Positions 11,549 through 21,341 of a stretch of 64,000 nucleotides of DNA are shown here, piece by piece. The notes under the pieces are model-generated. The model saw only the letters and a program-made list of their open reading frames with translations, ran no database searches and had not been told where the DNA came from. This stretch comes from Syntrophobacteraceae bacterium (GTDB lineage: Bacteria; Desulfobacterota; Syntrophobacteria; Syntrophobacterales; Syntrophobacteraceae). A program made the position numbers and the translations under genes. The stretch's first letter is position 1; each line of letters starts with the position of its first letter. The stretch is taken from the NCBI GenBank assembly GCA_018053185.1, contig JAGPLX010000009.1, positions 266 to 64,265 of the forward strand, read 5' to 3'.

Positions 11549-13243
11549 CTAATCCTTGGCCGAGCAGCGGATCACTTCCTCGAGCGAGGTGATGCCGCTT
11601 TTCAGCTTGTTGATGCCGCTGCGCCGAAGGGTGAGCATCCCCAGCCGAACCGATTCCTTCTTGATTTCCGCCGAGGATGCTCCGAGGAGCACCAGCTCTC
11701 GAATGGGTTCGTGCATGGGCATGACTTCATAAAGGGCGATCCGCCCCCGATAGCCGGTATGGTTGCATATGGGACAGCCCTTTCCGAGGTAGCATGCAAA
11801 GGTCCCCAATTCCTCCTCCTGGACACCCAGGTCCAGCAAGGCTTCCGGGAGCACCTTTTCTTCGATGCGGCATTCCGTGCAGACTCGGCGAGCCAATCGC
11901 TGGGCTACCACCAGGTTGATGGCGGACGACACCAAAAAAGACTCCACTCCCATATTCAAAAGTCGACTGATGGTGCTGGGCGCATCATTGGTGTGGAGGG
12001 TGCTCAGAACCAGGTGACCGGTCAAGGCGGCCTTGATCCCGATCTCCGCCGTCTCGAAATCCCGGATCTCCCCCACCATGATGATATCGGGGTCTTGCCG
12101 GAGAAAGGAGCGCAAGGCCGAGGCAAAGTTGAGGCCGATGGAATCCAGGATCTGGACCTGGTTGATTCCCGGCAGGTTGAACTCCACCGGGTCCTCCGCC
12201 GTGGAGATATTGTGGCTGGTCTTGTTGAGTTCCGACAAGGCACTGTAAAGGGTCGTCGTTTTTCCGCTTCCCGTGGGGCCCGTCACCAGGACCATCCCGT
12301 ACGGGGCATGAATGGCCGAACGGAAAGCCTTGTACTGGGAATCCTCGAAACCCAGCTTGGTCATGTCCACCTGGAGGGTGGACTTGTCCAGAAGGCGCAG
12401 CACAACCTTTTCTCCGAAGAGGGTTGGAAGCACCGAGACCCGGAAGTCCATCTCGCGGCCCTTGGCCTTGAGCTTGATGCGGCCGTCCTGGGGAAGCCTG
12501 CGCTCGGCGATGTCCAGCCGGCTCATGATCTTGATCCTCGAGATGATGGCATTCCGCAGTTGAAGAGGGGGACGCATAATTTCGTGGAGCATTCCGTCGA
12601 TGCGGAAACGCACCCGCATCATCTTCTCGTAGGGCTCCACATGTATGTCGCTGGCCTGTTTGCGAATGGCGTCCATGAGGATCAGGTTGACCAGTTTCAC
12701 CACGGGCGCCTGTTCCGCCGCGTCCTCCAGAAAGGTCAGGTCCACCTCTTCCTGAGATTCCACGAGATCGACGTCCACCTCATCCTTGAGCATGCCCAGC
12801 ATGTCTTCGATGTTCTCGTCGGTAACGTGATGATGGCTGAGGACCTTCCTGATGGAGGATTCGGGAGCCACATGGACCTGAACGTTTTTGCGGGTCAGAA
12901 ACCGGATGTCATCAATGACGAACAGGTTTCCGGGGTCCGCCATGGCCACGTTGAGGGTATTCCCCATGATGCCGAAGGGCACTGCCTGATATTTCTGGGC
13001 CACATCCGTGGGGATCAGGCCGACGACCGCTTTTGGGATCGTCAGTTTGGCCGGATTTACCTCGGGGACATGAAACTGCCTTGCCAGGAATTCCACCAGG
13101 GTATCTTCCCCGATCATCCCAAGCTTGATAAGGACGGCCCCGATCCGCTCCCCGCTGTGATGGTGCTCTTCCAAGGCACGGGCCAGCTGATCGCTGTCGA
13201 CCAAACCTTCAGAAACCAGCAATTCCCCTATTTTCTTTGACAC
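11549..13243 (-). CDS. pilB: Type IV pilus assembly ATPase PilB (GspE family)
   Basis: It has an N-terminal T2SSE_N domain (ELLVSEGLVDSDQLARALEE...), Walker [13 protein letters not shown], Asp/His boxes and a tetracysteine CTECRIEE...CPICNHTGYRGR. The start is GTG. Confidence 0.85.
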   Translation of the reverse strand: MSKKIGELLVSEGLVDSDQLARALEEHHHSGERIGAVLIKLGMIGEDTLVEFLARQFHVPEVNPAKLTIPKAVVGLIPTDVAQKYQAVPFGIMGNTLNVAMADPGNLFVIDDIRFLTRKNVQVHVAPESSIRKVLSHHHVTDENIEDMLGMLKDEVDVDLVESQEEVDLTFLEDAAEQAPVVKLVNLILMDAIRKQASDIHVEPYEKMMRVRFRIDGMLHEIMRPPLQLRNAIISRIKIMSRLDIAERRLPQDGRIKLKAKGREMDFRVSVLPTLFGEKVVLRLLDKSTLQVDMTKLGFEDSQYKAFRSAIHAPYGMVLVTGPTGSGKTTTLYSALSELNKTSHNISTAEDPVEFNLPGINQVQILDSIGLNFASALRSFLRQDPDIIMVGEIRDFETAEIGIKAALTGHLVLSTLHTNDAPSTISRLLNMGVESFLVSSAINLVVAQRLARRVCTECRIEEKVLPEALLDLGVQEEELGTFACYLGKGCPICNHTGYRGRIALYEVMPMHEPIRELVLLGASSAEIKKESVRLGMLTLRRSGINKLKSGITSLEEVIRCSAKD

Positions 13244-13391
13244 GGACGCTCACCCTTTCCCCGACTTCACTGCCTGTACAAACTCACAGTTTTTCCCGCT
13301 TCGGCCTCCTCCCCGAAACTGCCGTGCATTATGTCATCCGGACCCTTGTTGTGCCACGAGATTTTTGACCTCGAAATGGTGATCAAAAGGC

Positions 13392-13419
13392 TTGACACGG
13401 ATCAATTCCCGGTTATTAT
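13392..13419 (+). promoter_or_regulatory. Candidate sigma70 promoter for the PxxKW gene
   Basis: TTGACA (13392-13397), a 16-nt spacer, then TATTAT (13414-13419), about 55 nt upstream of ATG 13476. Confidence 0.5.
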
Positions 13420-13475
13420 TCGCACCAATTTTCCTGGAGTATGGTGTAAAATTCAACACTTTGGAGGTATTCGAC

Positions 13476-13763
13476 ATGATTTGTGCAACGGTGAAGGCCG
13501 GTATGGAATGTGCCTTCATGACCAAGACCGGCTGTGGGTTCAATGGAGGCTCCTGTCACCCCGTGGTGGAGCAGTGTGAAGGTTGCCAGCGAATTGTGGA
13601 TGTAGCATCAGGAAGGTATTGCACCAGCTACCCCAATCCCTCCGTCAAGTGGAGAACCGGCATCTGCAATTTCGCCGGCCATGCCAAGGCATCGGCGCAG
13701 ACCCAACAGCAGGCCAAGATCAACCCCCTCAAGGCATCCAAGCGAGGCACCAAGAAGAAGTAG
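13476..13763 (+). CDS. PxxKW family cysteine-rich small protein
   Basis: ATG 13476 lies 8 nt after GGAGG. The 95-aa product has 8 Cys (CGFNGGSCHP, CEGCQ...) and the name-giving motif NPSVKW, followed by a Lys-rich tail. Confidence 0.6.
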   Translation: MICATVKAGMECAFMTKTGCGFNGGSCHPVVEQCEGCQRIVDVASGRYCTSYPNPSVKWRTGICNFAGHAKASAQTQQQAKINPLKASKRGTKKK

Positions 13764-14211
13764 GGCATCATCGGGAAGGATGAGAGCCATGCCGAGATCT
13801 TGTGGGCCACGGCCTCCAGCCTTCATGGCCTCGCCTTTCGATGACGACTGCGGGCCCACACCTCTTCTCTATCGGAATTCCCCGGGAAATTCTTCATTTT
13901 TTCTCGCCGGGTGCAGGGGTGAAGCCGTGGATCTCCCCGGATTTTGCTCCAAAACCGGCGGGTGGATTCCCCGTGCTTTTGCCTTTCAAAAGCGTTAGGA
14001 TGGTTCGAGCCGGCACACCGGAGGAGAGCGTTTCATCGGGGTCTCGGGATATGACCGCAGAAGGAAATGTCCCCCGGGCGGCAGGGACAGCGGAGGCCGG
14101 ATCGTTGGATGGGTAACGGTCGAAGAACACCCTCTGCAACAATCCCTTGTCCTCGAGAAGGGAGGGGCCGGTGATGCTGCTGGAGCACAGTCAAGAAAGG
14201 ATTCCATCACC

Positions 14212-15420
14212 GTGGGACAGACTCTCATTTTGACGGGCAATCAGGCAGCCGCCCTGGCTGCCAGGCTATGCCGTGTTCAGGTGGTCGCCGCATACCCCAT
14301 CACCCCTCAATCGAAAATCCCGGAAATTCTTTCGGAATACGTGGAAAAAGGAGAGCTGCAGGCGGAGTTCGTGCGGGTGGAAAGCGAACATTCGGCCATG
14401 GGAGTGTGCATCTCCGCATCCCTGGTGGGAGCAAGGGTTTTTACGGCCACTGCGGCCAACGGTCTGGCGTATATGCACGAACAACTGCACTGGGCCGCCG
14501 GTGCACGACTCCCCATTGTGATGCCCGTCACCAATCGCGGTCTCGGCGCTCCATGGACCATTCTCAACGACATGCAGGATACTCTTTCCCAGAGAGACAC
14601 CGGATGGATGCAGTTCCACTGCATGAACAACCAGGAGGTCCTGGACCAGGTCATCATGGCCTACCGCATCGCGGAACAGATCATGGTCCCCATCATGGTC
14701 TGTTTTGACGGATTCAGGCTTTCTCACACCATGATGCCCGTGACCGTTCCCCCCCAGGAACAGGTGGACTCGTTCCTCCCCCCGTATTGCACCCCCTATG
14801 AGCTGAACCCCGACCAGCCCGTGAACATCAACCCGGTAGTGATGACGGACCCCCTTCCCGACAGGGAGGGGAACCTTTGTCCCAGCTACATGGGTTTTCG
14901 CCTTCGGTTGCAGGAGACACTCGAGTCGGCCTTTCCTGTAATTCTCGAGGCTGGGCAGGAATTCGGCCGGGTCTGCGGTCGTTCCTATCCGGACCTTCTC
15001 TATCGTTACCGGGCACAGGACGCGGAAATCCTTTTCGTCACCATGGGCTCGCTTTCCAGCGAGGCCAGTGAAGCCGTCGATCTCCTGAGGGAGGAGGGGG
15101 TGAAGGCCGGGGTCGTGGGGCTACGCGTATACCGGCCCTTTCCTGGAAAGGTCCTGGCCCGGGCCGTGGCACACGCCGGGGGAATCGCCGTGTTGGAGAA
15201 GGGAATCAGCTACGGGTATGAAGGAGCCCTGGCCACGGAGCTCAAAGCGGCCCTCTTTAGCTCGAACGGCCATGGTCCTCCCATCTTCAACTATATTTTG
15301 GGTCTGGGTGGAAAAGACGTGAAGCCTTCGGACCTGGCGGAGCCGGCCCGGGAGGTCCTGGACTCCCTCCGCAAAGGTACTCGGCAGGAATCGCCCCGTT
15401 GGCTCGGCTACGGAGTCTGA
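14212..15420 (+). CDS. 2-oxoacid:ferredoxin oxidoreductase, alpha subunit (PorA/VorA/KorA type)
   Basis: LTGNQAAALAARLCRVQVVAAYPITPQS...ESEHSAMGVCISASLVGARVFTATAANGLAYM is the conserved POR_N signature. The start is GTG. Confidence 0.85.
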   Translation: MGQTLILTGNQAAALAARLCRVQVVAAYPITPQSKIPEILSEYVEKGELQAEFVRVESEHSAMGVCISASLVGARVFTATAANGLAYMHEQLHWAAGARLPIVMPVTNRGLGAPWTILNDMQDTLSQRDTGWMQFHCMNNQEVLDQVIMAYRIAEQIMVPIMVCFDGFRLSHTMMPVTVPPQEQVDSFLPPYCTPYELNPDQPVNINPVVMTDPLPDREGNLCPSYMGFRLRLQETLESAFPVILEAGQEFGRVCGRSYPDLLYRYRAQDAEILFVTMGSLSSEASEAVDLLREEGVKAGVVGLRVYRPFPGKVLARAVAHAGGIAVLEKGISYGYEGALATELKAALFSSNGHGPPIFNYILGLGGKDVKPSDLAEPAREVLDSLRKGTRQESPRWLGYGV

Positions 15421-15454
15421 TTCTCCGGCACAAGAAAGGAACCTGGCAGGAACT

Positions 15455-16381
15455 ATGTCGACGACAACCATGGAATTGCCGGCCAAGGAATACATCCTCC
15501 CCGGAACCCGCACCTGTGCCGGTTGCGGGTTGCCCATCGCATATCGCTACATTTTGAAGGCCCTGGGTCCCAAAACCATCATGACCCACCCTGCGTGCTG
15601 CCTCACCATTCTTCACGGGATCTATCCCAAAACCCCCATCGCCGTCAACGCCGTGAACAATACCTTCGCCGGCACGGCCGCCTCCGCATCGGGGCTGGCG
15701 GCGGGTCTCAAGGCCACGGGGCGCGGGGATTTTACCGTTCTGGCCATGGCGGGGGACGGCGGGACTTTCGACATGGGCATCCAGGCCTTGAGCGGAGCCG
15801 CCGAGCGGGAAACCGATTTCATCTATGTCTGCTACGACAACGAAGCCTACATGAACACGGGGGCACAGCGTTCCAGCGCGACACCGTGCGGGGCCCTCAC
15901 CACCACCACCTCCGTGGTGCCCAAGAAACAACCGAAAAAGGACTTTATCCGCATCATGGAGGCGCACCACCCCGCCTACCTGGCCACCACCTGCTCTTCC
16001 TTCCCCCAGGACCTCTACAACAAGTTCACCAAAGCCAAGCAGATCCACGGCACCCGTTTCATTCATCTCATGGTGCCGTGCCCAACCGGCTGGGGGTTTC
16101 CCACCAAGGACACGATCCGGATCGGCAGGCTGGCGGTGGAAAGCGGCGTGGTCGTGCTCTTCGAGATCGAAGACGGGACGGTTCGCCTCACGGGCAGGAG
16201 CCTGGGCATGGCGCGAAGCGGGAGGAGACGACCGGTAGAGGAGTATCTCCGGGCCCAGAGCCGCTTCCGACGAATGTCCGCCGAGCAGGTCCGGGCTTTC
16301 CAGCGGCAGGTGGACGAACAGTGGCGGCAGCTCCTCACTCGATCCGGATTCTTAGGAAAAAGCACGAAGAATGGTGAGTGA
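15455..16381 (+). CDS. 2-oxoacid:ferredoxin oxidoreductase, beta subunit (TPP-binding)
   Basis: CAGCG near the N-terminus and the TPP motif GDGGTFDMGIQALSGAAERETDFIYVCYDNEAYMNTG. It lies immediately downstream of the alpha subunit. Confidence 0.85.
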   Translation: MSTTTMELPAKEYILPGTRTCAGCGLPIAYRYILKALGPKTIMTHPACCLTILHGIYPKTPIAVNAVNNTFAGTAASASGLAAGLKATGRGDFTVLAMAGDGGTFDMGIQALSGAAERETDFIYVCYDNEAYMNTGAQRSSATPCGALTTTTSVVPKKQPKKDFIRIMEAHHPAYLATTCSSFPQDLYNKFTKAKQIHGTRFIHLMVPCPTGWGFPTKDTIRIGRLAVESGVVVLFEIEDGTVRLTGRSLGMARSGRRRPVEEYLRAQSRFRRMSAEQVRAFQRQVDEQWRQLLTRSGFLGKSTKNGE

Positions 16382-16432
16382 GTCTGCCTTATCACTCCGT
16401 TTGCCCTTTGCGCCCCGATCCCCCGGCAGGCA

Positions 16433-17449
16433 TCATTCCCACCAGCGCAGCAACGCGCTTCCCCAGGTGAAACCCGCCCCAAAGGCGGACATCACCAGAT
16501 AGTCTCCCTTGGAGACACAGTTCCGTTCCACCACGGCCTCATACAAACAGAGAGGAATGGTGCCCGCCGTAGTGTTGGCATATCGGTCAATGTTGACGAT
16601 CACTTTGTTCTTGTCGATTTTCATGCGTTTGACACTGGCCTCGATGATGCGAAGGTTGGCCTGGTGGGGGATGAACATGGTCACATCGTTCCCCGTCAGG
16701 TTGTTTCTCTCGAGTATTTCGGCACAGACGTCGGCCATCCTGGTGACGGCGTATTTGAAGACCTGCCTTCCTGCCTGATACACATAATGCTCCTTGTTTT
16801 TGACCGTCTCAGGGCTGGCAGGCCTTCTGCTCCCCCCCGCCTTCATGTGAAGGAATTCCTCCCCCGATCCGTCCATGTATTGCACAAAATCCAGGACGCC
16901 GTAACCGTCTTCGGGACAAGGCTCGAGCAGCGCCGCACCGGCGGCGTCTCCGAATAGAACGCATGTATTCCGGTCCTCGTAATCGACGATCGTGCTCATC
17001 ACATCGCTCCCGATCACGAGGACTTTGTCGCAGCGGCCCGCCTCGATCATCTGGGCTCCGGTGGTGAGAGCGAAGACAAAAGCCGAGCAACCGGCCGACA
17101 AATCGAAACCCCAGGCCCGGCGTGCCCCGATTTCCCTCTGCACCAGGCACGCCGTGGCGGGAAAAAGCATATCCGGCGTCACCGTTCCCACAATGATGGC
17201 ATCAATCTCCTCGGGAGCCGTCCCTGCTCTCTCGAGGCACTCCTTGGCGGCTCGTACAGCCATGAAGGAGCTCCCGAGACCGGGCTCGAGGACCCGCCTC
17301 TCGCGGATCCCCGTGCGTGTCAAGATCCACTCGTCGGTAGTGTTCACCATCTTCTCAAAATCCTGGTTGGTCAGGCGCCGCTCGGGGAGATAACGACCCA
17401 CCGAACGGATATATGCAGTCCTCGGGGGCATTCTTCTGCCGTTGGCCAT
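16433..17449 (-). CDS. fabH: 3-oxoacyl-ACP synthase III (FabH family)
   Basis: TDEWILTRTGIRERR, active-site context AGCSAFVFAL, HQANLRII, and a C-terminal SAFGAGFTWGSALLRW. Confidence 0.85.
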   Translation of the reverse strand: MANGRRMPPRTAYIRSVGRYLPERRLTNQDFEKMVNTTDEWILTRTGIRERRVLEPGLGSSFMAVRAAKECLERAGTAPEEIDAIIVGTVTPDMLFPATACLVQREIGARRAWGFDLSAGCSAFVFALTTGAQMIEAGRCDKVLVIGSDVMSTIVDYEDRNTCVLFGDAAGAALLEPCPEDGYGVLDFVQYMDGSGEEFLHMKAGGSRRPASPETVKNKEHYVYQAGRQVFKYAVTRMADVCAEILERNNLTGNDVTMFIPHQANLRIIEASVKRMKIDKNKVIVNIDRYANTTAGTIPLCLYEAVVERNCVSKGDYLVMSAFGAGFTWGSALLRWWE

Positions 17450-18240
17450 TACATGATTCCTTTATAAAATCCCCCGTCAATATGGATGGACGCACCCGTG
17501 ATGTAACCGGCGCGCTCCGAGGCAAGAAAAGCGACCAGGGCGCCGAACTCCTCGGGGGTCCCCAAACGTCCCATGGGAATCGAGGACTCCCAACGACGGA
17601 TGACGGCCTCGGGGGTCGTGCCTTCCTTTTCCGCCAGATACCGTGCCAGGCTCCTCACTCTTTCGGTCAGGGTATAGCCCGGGCAAACGTTGTTGACCGT
17701 AATGTTGTACGGAGCCATCTCGTTGGACAGGGTCTTCGCCAGGCCGACCACCGCCGATCGCACCGTGTTTGAGAGAATCAGTCCGTCGAGGGGTTGCTTT
17801 ACCGAAATGGACGTCATGTTGATGATTCGCCCCCAGCGTTTTTCGATCATTACCGGAAGTGCTTCCCTTGTCATGAGGATGGTACTCATGAGGTTCAACC
17901 GGACCCCATGGTGCCACAGGTCCTCATCGATCTCCAGGAAGGTCCGGGAAGGCGGACCTCCGGCATTGTTGATCAGGATATCCACGGTGCCGTAGTGCTC
18001 GATGCTTTGACGAACAAAGCCCCTTGCCTGTTCCGCCACGGACACGTCCGTCGGAACTCCGATGATCTCCCCGCCGCAAAGCGCCTTGATTTCCTCGACG
18101 GCCTTGGGGAGTTTGGGATCATCCAGTGCCCCGACGGCAACTTTCGCTCCTTCCCGGGACAGTTCAACGGCAACTGCCTTTCCCAACCCCTGACTGCCCC
18201 CGGCGACGAGGGCAACTTTCCCCTTCAAGCCCAAATCCAT
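17449..18240 (-). CDS. SDR-family oxidoreductase (FabG-like)
   Basis: LKGKVALVAGGSQGLGKAVA (TGxxxGxG) and NNAG are present, with the YxxxK region (APYNITVNNVCPG is family-like). Its stop overlaps the fabH ATG (TAATG). The likely start is ATG 18240, not the tracked 18354. Confidence 0.8.
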   Translation of the reverse strand: MDLGLKGKVALVAGGSQGLGKAVAVELSREGAKVAVGALDDPKLPKAVEEIKALCGGEIIGVPTDVSVAEQARGFVRQSIEHYGTVDILINNAGGPPSRTFLEIDEDLWHHGVRLNLMSTILMTREALPVMIEKRWGRIINMTSISVKQPLDGLILSNTVRSAVVGLAKTLSNEMAPYNITVNNVCPGYTLTERVRSLARYLAEKEGTTPEAVIRRWESSIPMGRLGTPEEFGALVAFLASERAGYITGASIHIDGGFYKGIM

Positions 18241-18350
18241 CCGCAACCTCCGTGTTCCTTGCACAAAACGGCCCCAACCGGGCCGCAGGTCGGCGGATTC
18301 CCCCCGCTCCACACCGGCCATCGAGGGGATGCCGCCCTTTCCATGTACAC

Positions 18351-19049
18351 TCACTCTTCATAAAATCCCCGCATCTCCGGGGTATAGTCACCATTTTCCC
18401 CGCGGATGAAAAAAGGAGGGGTCACACGAAGCTCTTCCCTCCCACCCTTGAGGAACTCGATGTGAACCAGAGAACCGGGAGAGGACCTCCGAGGATGAAT
18501 CACCGTAAGCCTCTTGGCGCCAAATCCATGGGCTTTGGACTCCAGTAGGGCGCAAACGAGACGGCTTGCCGGGTATACCAGCGCCAGCCGCCCGCCCTGA
18601 GGTAGAAGATAGCTCCCCACCTCCAATATGTCCCCCACCGAGGCCATCAACTCATGCCTGGCAACGGCCTTTTCCGACTCGGGATTGATCCTGCCCGTGT
18701 GAATCGCCCGATAGGGCGGATTGCTCACCACTACGTCGAAGGATCGAGGGGGAAGGTATCCGGGGAGCTTTCGAAAATCCATTTCGATAATCTGAATCCG
18801 GTGCTCCCATCCATTCCGCCGGACGTTTTCCCCGGCAAGCCTTGCCAGGTCGGGTTGAACCTCAACGCCCACCAGGCTGGATCCCCGTTTCCTGAAGGCA
18901 AGCATCAACAAAACAATCCCGCATCCCGTCCCCAGGTCCACGACCCTGTCCGTCTCCTTGATTTTCGTCAGGCCTGACAGCAAAACCGCGTCCACGGAAA
19001 AACGATAACCCTTCCGTTTTTGCAGGACCCTGAGCTTGCCGCCGAACAT
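18351..19049 (-). CDS. SAM-dependent N6-adenine methyltransferase, tRNA1(Val) m6A37 (YfiC/TrmN6)-like
   Basis: GYRFSVDAVLL, the SAM motif VVDLGTGCGIVLL and the catalytic NPPY (VVSNPPY). Start ATG 19049 falls just after the stop of the upstream DUF1015 gene. Confidence 0.7.
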   Translation of the reverse strand: MFGGKLRVLQKRKGYRFSVDAVLLSGLTKIKETDRVVDLGTGCGIVLLMLAFRKRGSSLVGVEVQPDLARLAGENVRRNGWEHRIQIIEMDFRKLPGYLPPRSFDVVVSNPPYRAIHTGRINPESEKAVARHELMASVGDILEVGSYLLPQGGRLALVYPASRLVCALLESKAHGFGAKRLTVIHPRRSSPGSLVHIEFLKGGREELRVTPPFFIRGENGDYTPEMRGFYEE

Positions 19050-19095
19050 CCCGTCTGACGTGATCAAGGGGATTCCCCTGCCCGAAAACCTTTCG

Positions 19096-20424
19096 TCAAG
19101 GTGTGAGAGTGTGAATGACGAGGCCGCTCCCGACCTTGGGGTAGAAGTAGGTGGACTTATGAGGCATGATGAGACCGGAACTTGCCGCTTCCCGCACCTG
19201 TTCGATGCGAGTGGGGTTGATGAAAAATCCGATTTCATAATCTCGGGATCGCACCTTGTCGAGCCCTTCGCTCAATTCATGTTTGAAATGGATGTTGTTT
19301 TCGTCCGCCAGGAACGCCTCGTCCAATCCCATCAGGTGTCGCAGAATCACCTGGTCCAGGACTACCACGTCCAGGCCGTGTAAAACCTCGGCGATCCCCC
19401 TTTCCCTCAGATAATTGGAGACCGGTTCCCGCCGGGCCTTCAAAAGGCAGAGGGCATCCGCCGAATGCCAGAAAAGGCCGATGATGTTTTCCTTGGTCTG
19501 TCTTGCCGATTCCAGGGTCCTCCGCCATTCATTTGCCGCCGACTCATCCGAGGGGTACTTCCAAACATCGAAGAATTCCCCGGCCCTTCGCAGAAAAGAT
19601 TCGGGATCCCATTTTTCAAGGTTTCGAAGCATGCGATGAGTCGGCAGAATGATCATTCCGGGTTGATGGAGATTGGCCAGGTAGATCATGATGTACTCGT
19701 GGGGCGCGTCGGAATCCACGTCACGGAGCTGCTCCCGCCGGATGTCCCGGTAGTTCAAGGCGGTTTCATAACGATGATGTCCATCCGCAATGAAAATGGC
19801 TTTCTCCCGCATGAGTTCCCCCGCATCGTTCAGGACCCTCGAATCGGTGATGGCCCAGATCCGATGACGCATGCCCGACGCGTCCGTGAAGGACAGGGTA
19901 GGCTCCTCTTTCTTGCCTCGCTGGAAACAACGATCCACCGACTGAGAAGGGTCCGAGTACAGCGCAAAAACCGGGCTTAGATTGGCGTGGCAGGAGAGCA
20001 TGAGGCAAAGCCGTTCATTCTTCACCGCCTGGAAGGTCTTTTCGTGAGGTTTCACCATCCCCGTGCTGAAATCCGCCAAACGCATGATGCTGATAAAACC
20101 GTAGCGGGTCCGGTACTGGTTGCCGCCCAGGGCAAAATCCAGCTCGTAGTAATAGATAGCCGGCTCCGGTTCCCTGACAAGGATCCCTTCCCTGAGCCAC
20201 TCCCGCAGGTAGCGGCCCGCCCGGGTATGCGGGTTGTCCGTGGCGGAATCCTGAGGAGTCTTCTTCCCCAACTCCAAACGAATCATGTTGTGGGGATGGA
20301 TCCTGTAAAAAAGGTCCTGTTCCCCCGGCGAAATCACGTCGTAGGGCGGGATCACCACCTCAGCCAGGTTGGGCACCCTCTCCCGATTGTATCGAAGCCC
20401 CCTGAACGGGGCAATTTCCACCAT
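19096..20424 (-). CDS. DUF1015 domain-containing protein
   Basis: The N-terminus MVEIAPFRGLRYN...VIPPYDVIS and the central ADGHHRYETAL are the recalled DUF1015 hallmarks. Confidence 0.75.
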   Translation of the reverse strand: MVEIAPFRGLRYNRERVPNLAEVVIPPYDVISPGEQDLFYRIHPHNMIRLELGKKTPQDSATDNPHTRAGRYLREWLREGILVREPEPAIYYYELDFALGGNQYRTRYGFISIMRLADFSTGMVKPHEKTFQAVKNERLCLMLSCHANLSPVFALYSDPSQSVDRCFQRGKKEEPTLSFTDASGMRHRIWAITDSRVLNDAGELMREKAIFIADGHHRYETALNYRDIRREQLRDVDSDAPHEYIMIYLANLHQPGMIILPTHRMLRNLEKWDPESFLRRAGEFFDVWKYPSDESAANEWRRTLESARQTKENIIGLFWHSADALCLLKARREPVSNYLRERGIAEVLHGLDVVVLDQVILRHLMGLDEAFLADENNIHFKHELSEGLDKVRSRDYEIGFFINPTRIEQVREAASSGLIMPHKSTYFYPKVGSGLVIHTLTP

Positions 20425-20612
20425 GAATCCTTCTCTCTTTTTCCCCTCGAGATCTGTTCAGCTTCCGCCCAAAACCGCAACAAAAAGGTCCTGCCCGGCA
20501 ACCGTGGCGCAGGGTTTTCTTTGCTAGCACACCTCGTTTCTTTTGACAAGCAACATGGGAACGTCGTGAGAAGCCGTGGAATGCCGCGAAGAGTCCTCTT
20601 ACCCCGGCTTCT

Positions 20613-21341
20613 TCAAAACCCTGTAAACCAGTTCTCCCCCGCGAGCGTTTCACGACCTCTGGTGAGAATCAGGGCGGAGAAGTCCGCACAGAAGGACAGC
20701 GACCCGTCGGCGTCCAGGGCGCACCGGGCTAGGTCCAGCCACTTTCCGGATTTTTCCATCACCGCCTGGTCACTGCTGGCCAGGACCCCCTGCACTCCGG
20801 AAAACTCTCGCTCGGGAACTGGCACGGCCCTGGCATCGCCTGGAATGCCGAGAGCCTTCATCCTGCGCCGGTACCGGTCGGCCAGGACTCCACTATGACT
20901 CAGCGGGGCGTCGAAAAAGAAAAAGAGTTCTCGAGGTCGCGAAACCTCCAAGAACCGAAAAATCAGGTCCATGGCCAGATCGCTCGCCTGAGTCAGATGA
21001 AACCGGGCCGACTGACCCGCCAAATCCCTCATGGCTCCATCATTGGCCAGAAGCAGCCTGCGTCCAAGAATGGCACTTTCCACGGTGATCTGGACATTGT
21101 GACCGTCCACGTACAAGGCTTCGCTCTGCCACCGGGACCCTCTACAACTTTTGGCGCGACGGTGCAGGGCGATGTCCTGGCCAAAGACCCCGCGCAACAG
21201 CAACTGGCGTTCCACCTGCTCCAATCCGTAGCGGTTGCCGACCCACTCGAGAGAGCCGGATCGCGGATATTTTCGATTCTGGAGAAAAAAGAAATCGGTG
21301 GCCGCCTCATGGACAAGCCATGGACGAACAGCCTTCTTCAT
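20613..21341 (-). CDS. DUF434/DUF5616-like protein (uncharacterised, PIN-like C-terminal half)
   Basis: The N-terminal FFFLQNRKYPRSGSLEWVGNRYGLEQVERQLLLRGV resembles the recalled DUF434 pattern (LL.RGYP...L..VG..Y.L....R..L.R.V). It is followed by YVDGHNVQITVESAILGRRLLLANDGAMRD. Confidence 0.45.
   Translation of the reverse strand: MKKAVRPWLVHEAATDFFFLQNRKYPRSGSLEWVGNRYGLEQVERQLLLRGVFGQDIALHRRAKSCRGSRWQSEALYVDGHNVQITVESAILGRRLLLANDGAMRDLAGQSARFHLTQASDLAMDLIFRFLEVSRPRELFFFFDAPLSHSGVLADRYRRRMKALGIPGDARAVPVPEREFSGVQGVLASSDQAVMEKSGKWLDLARCALDADGSLSFCADFSALILTRGRETLAGENWFTGF

Noticed and set aside
11387-13240. A 617-aa plus-strand ORF.
   Set aside because: It is antisense to pilB over its full length, R/G/H-rich, and shows no family features.
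13764-14211. Missing gamma/delta (ferredoxin) subunit genes hidden in the gap before the oxidoreductase alpha gene.
   Set aside because: Translation of all three plus frames shows no CxxCxxCxxxCP motifs and no long ORF with an SD.
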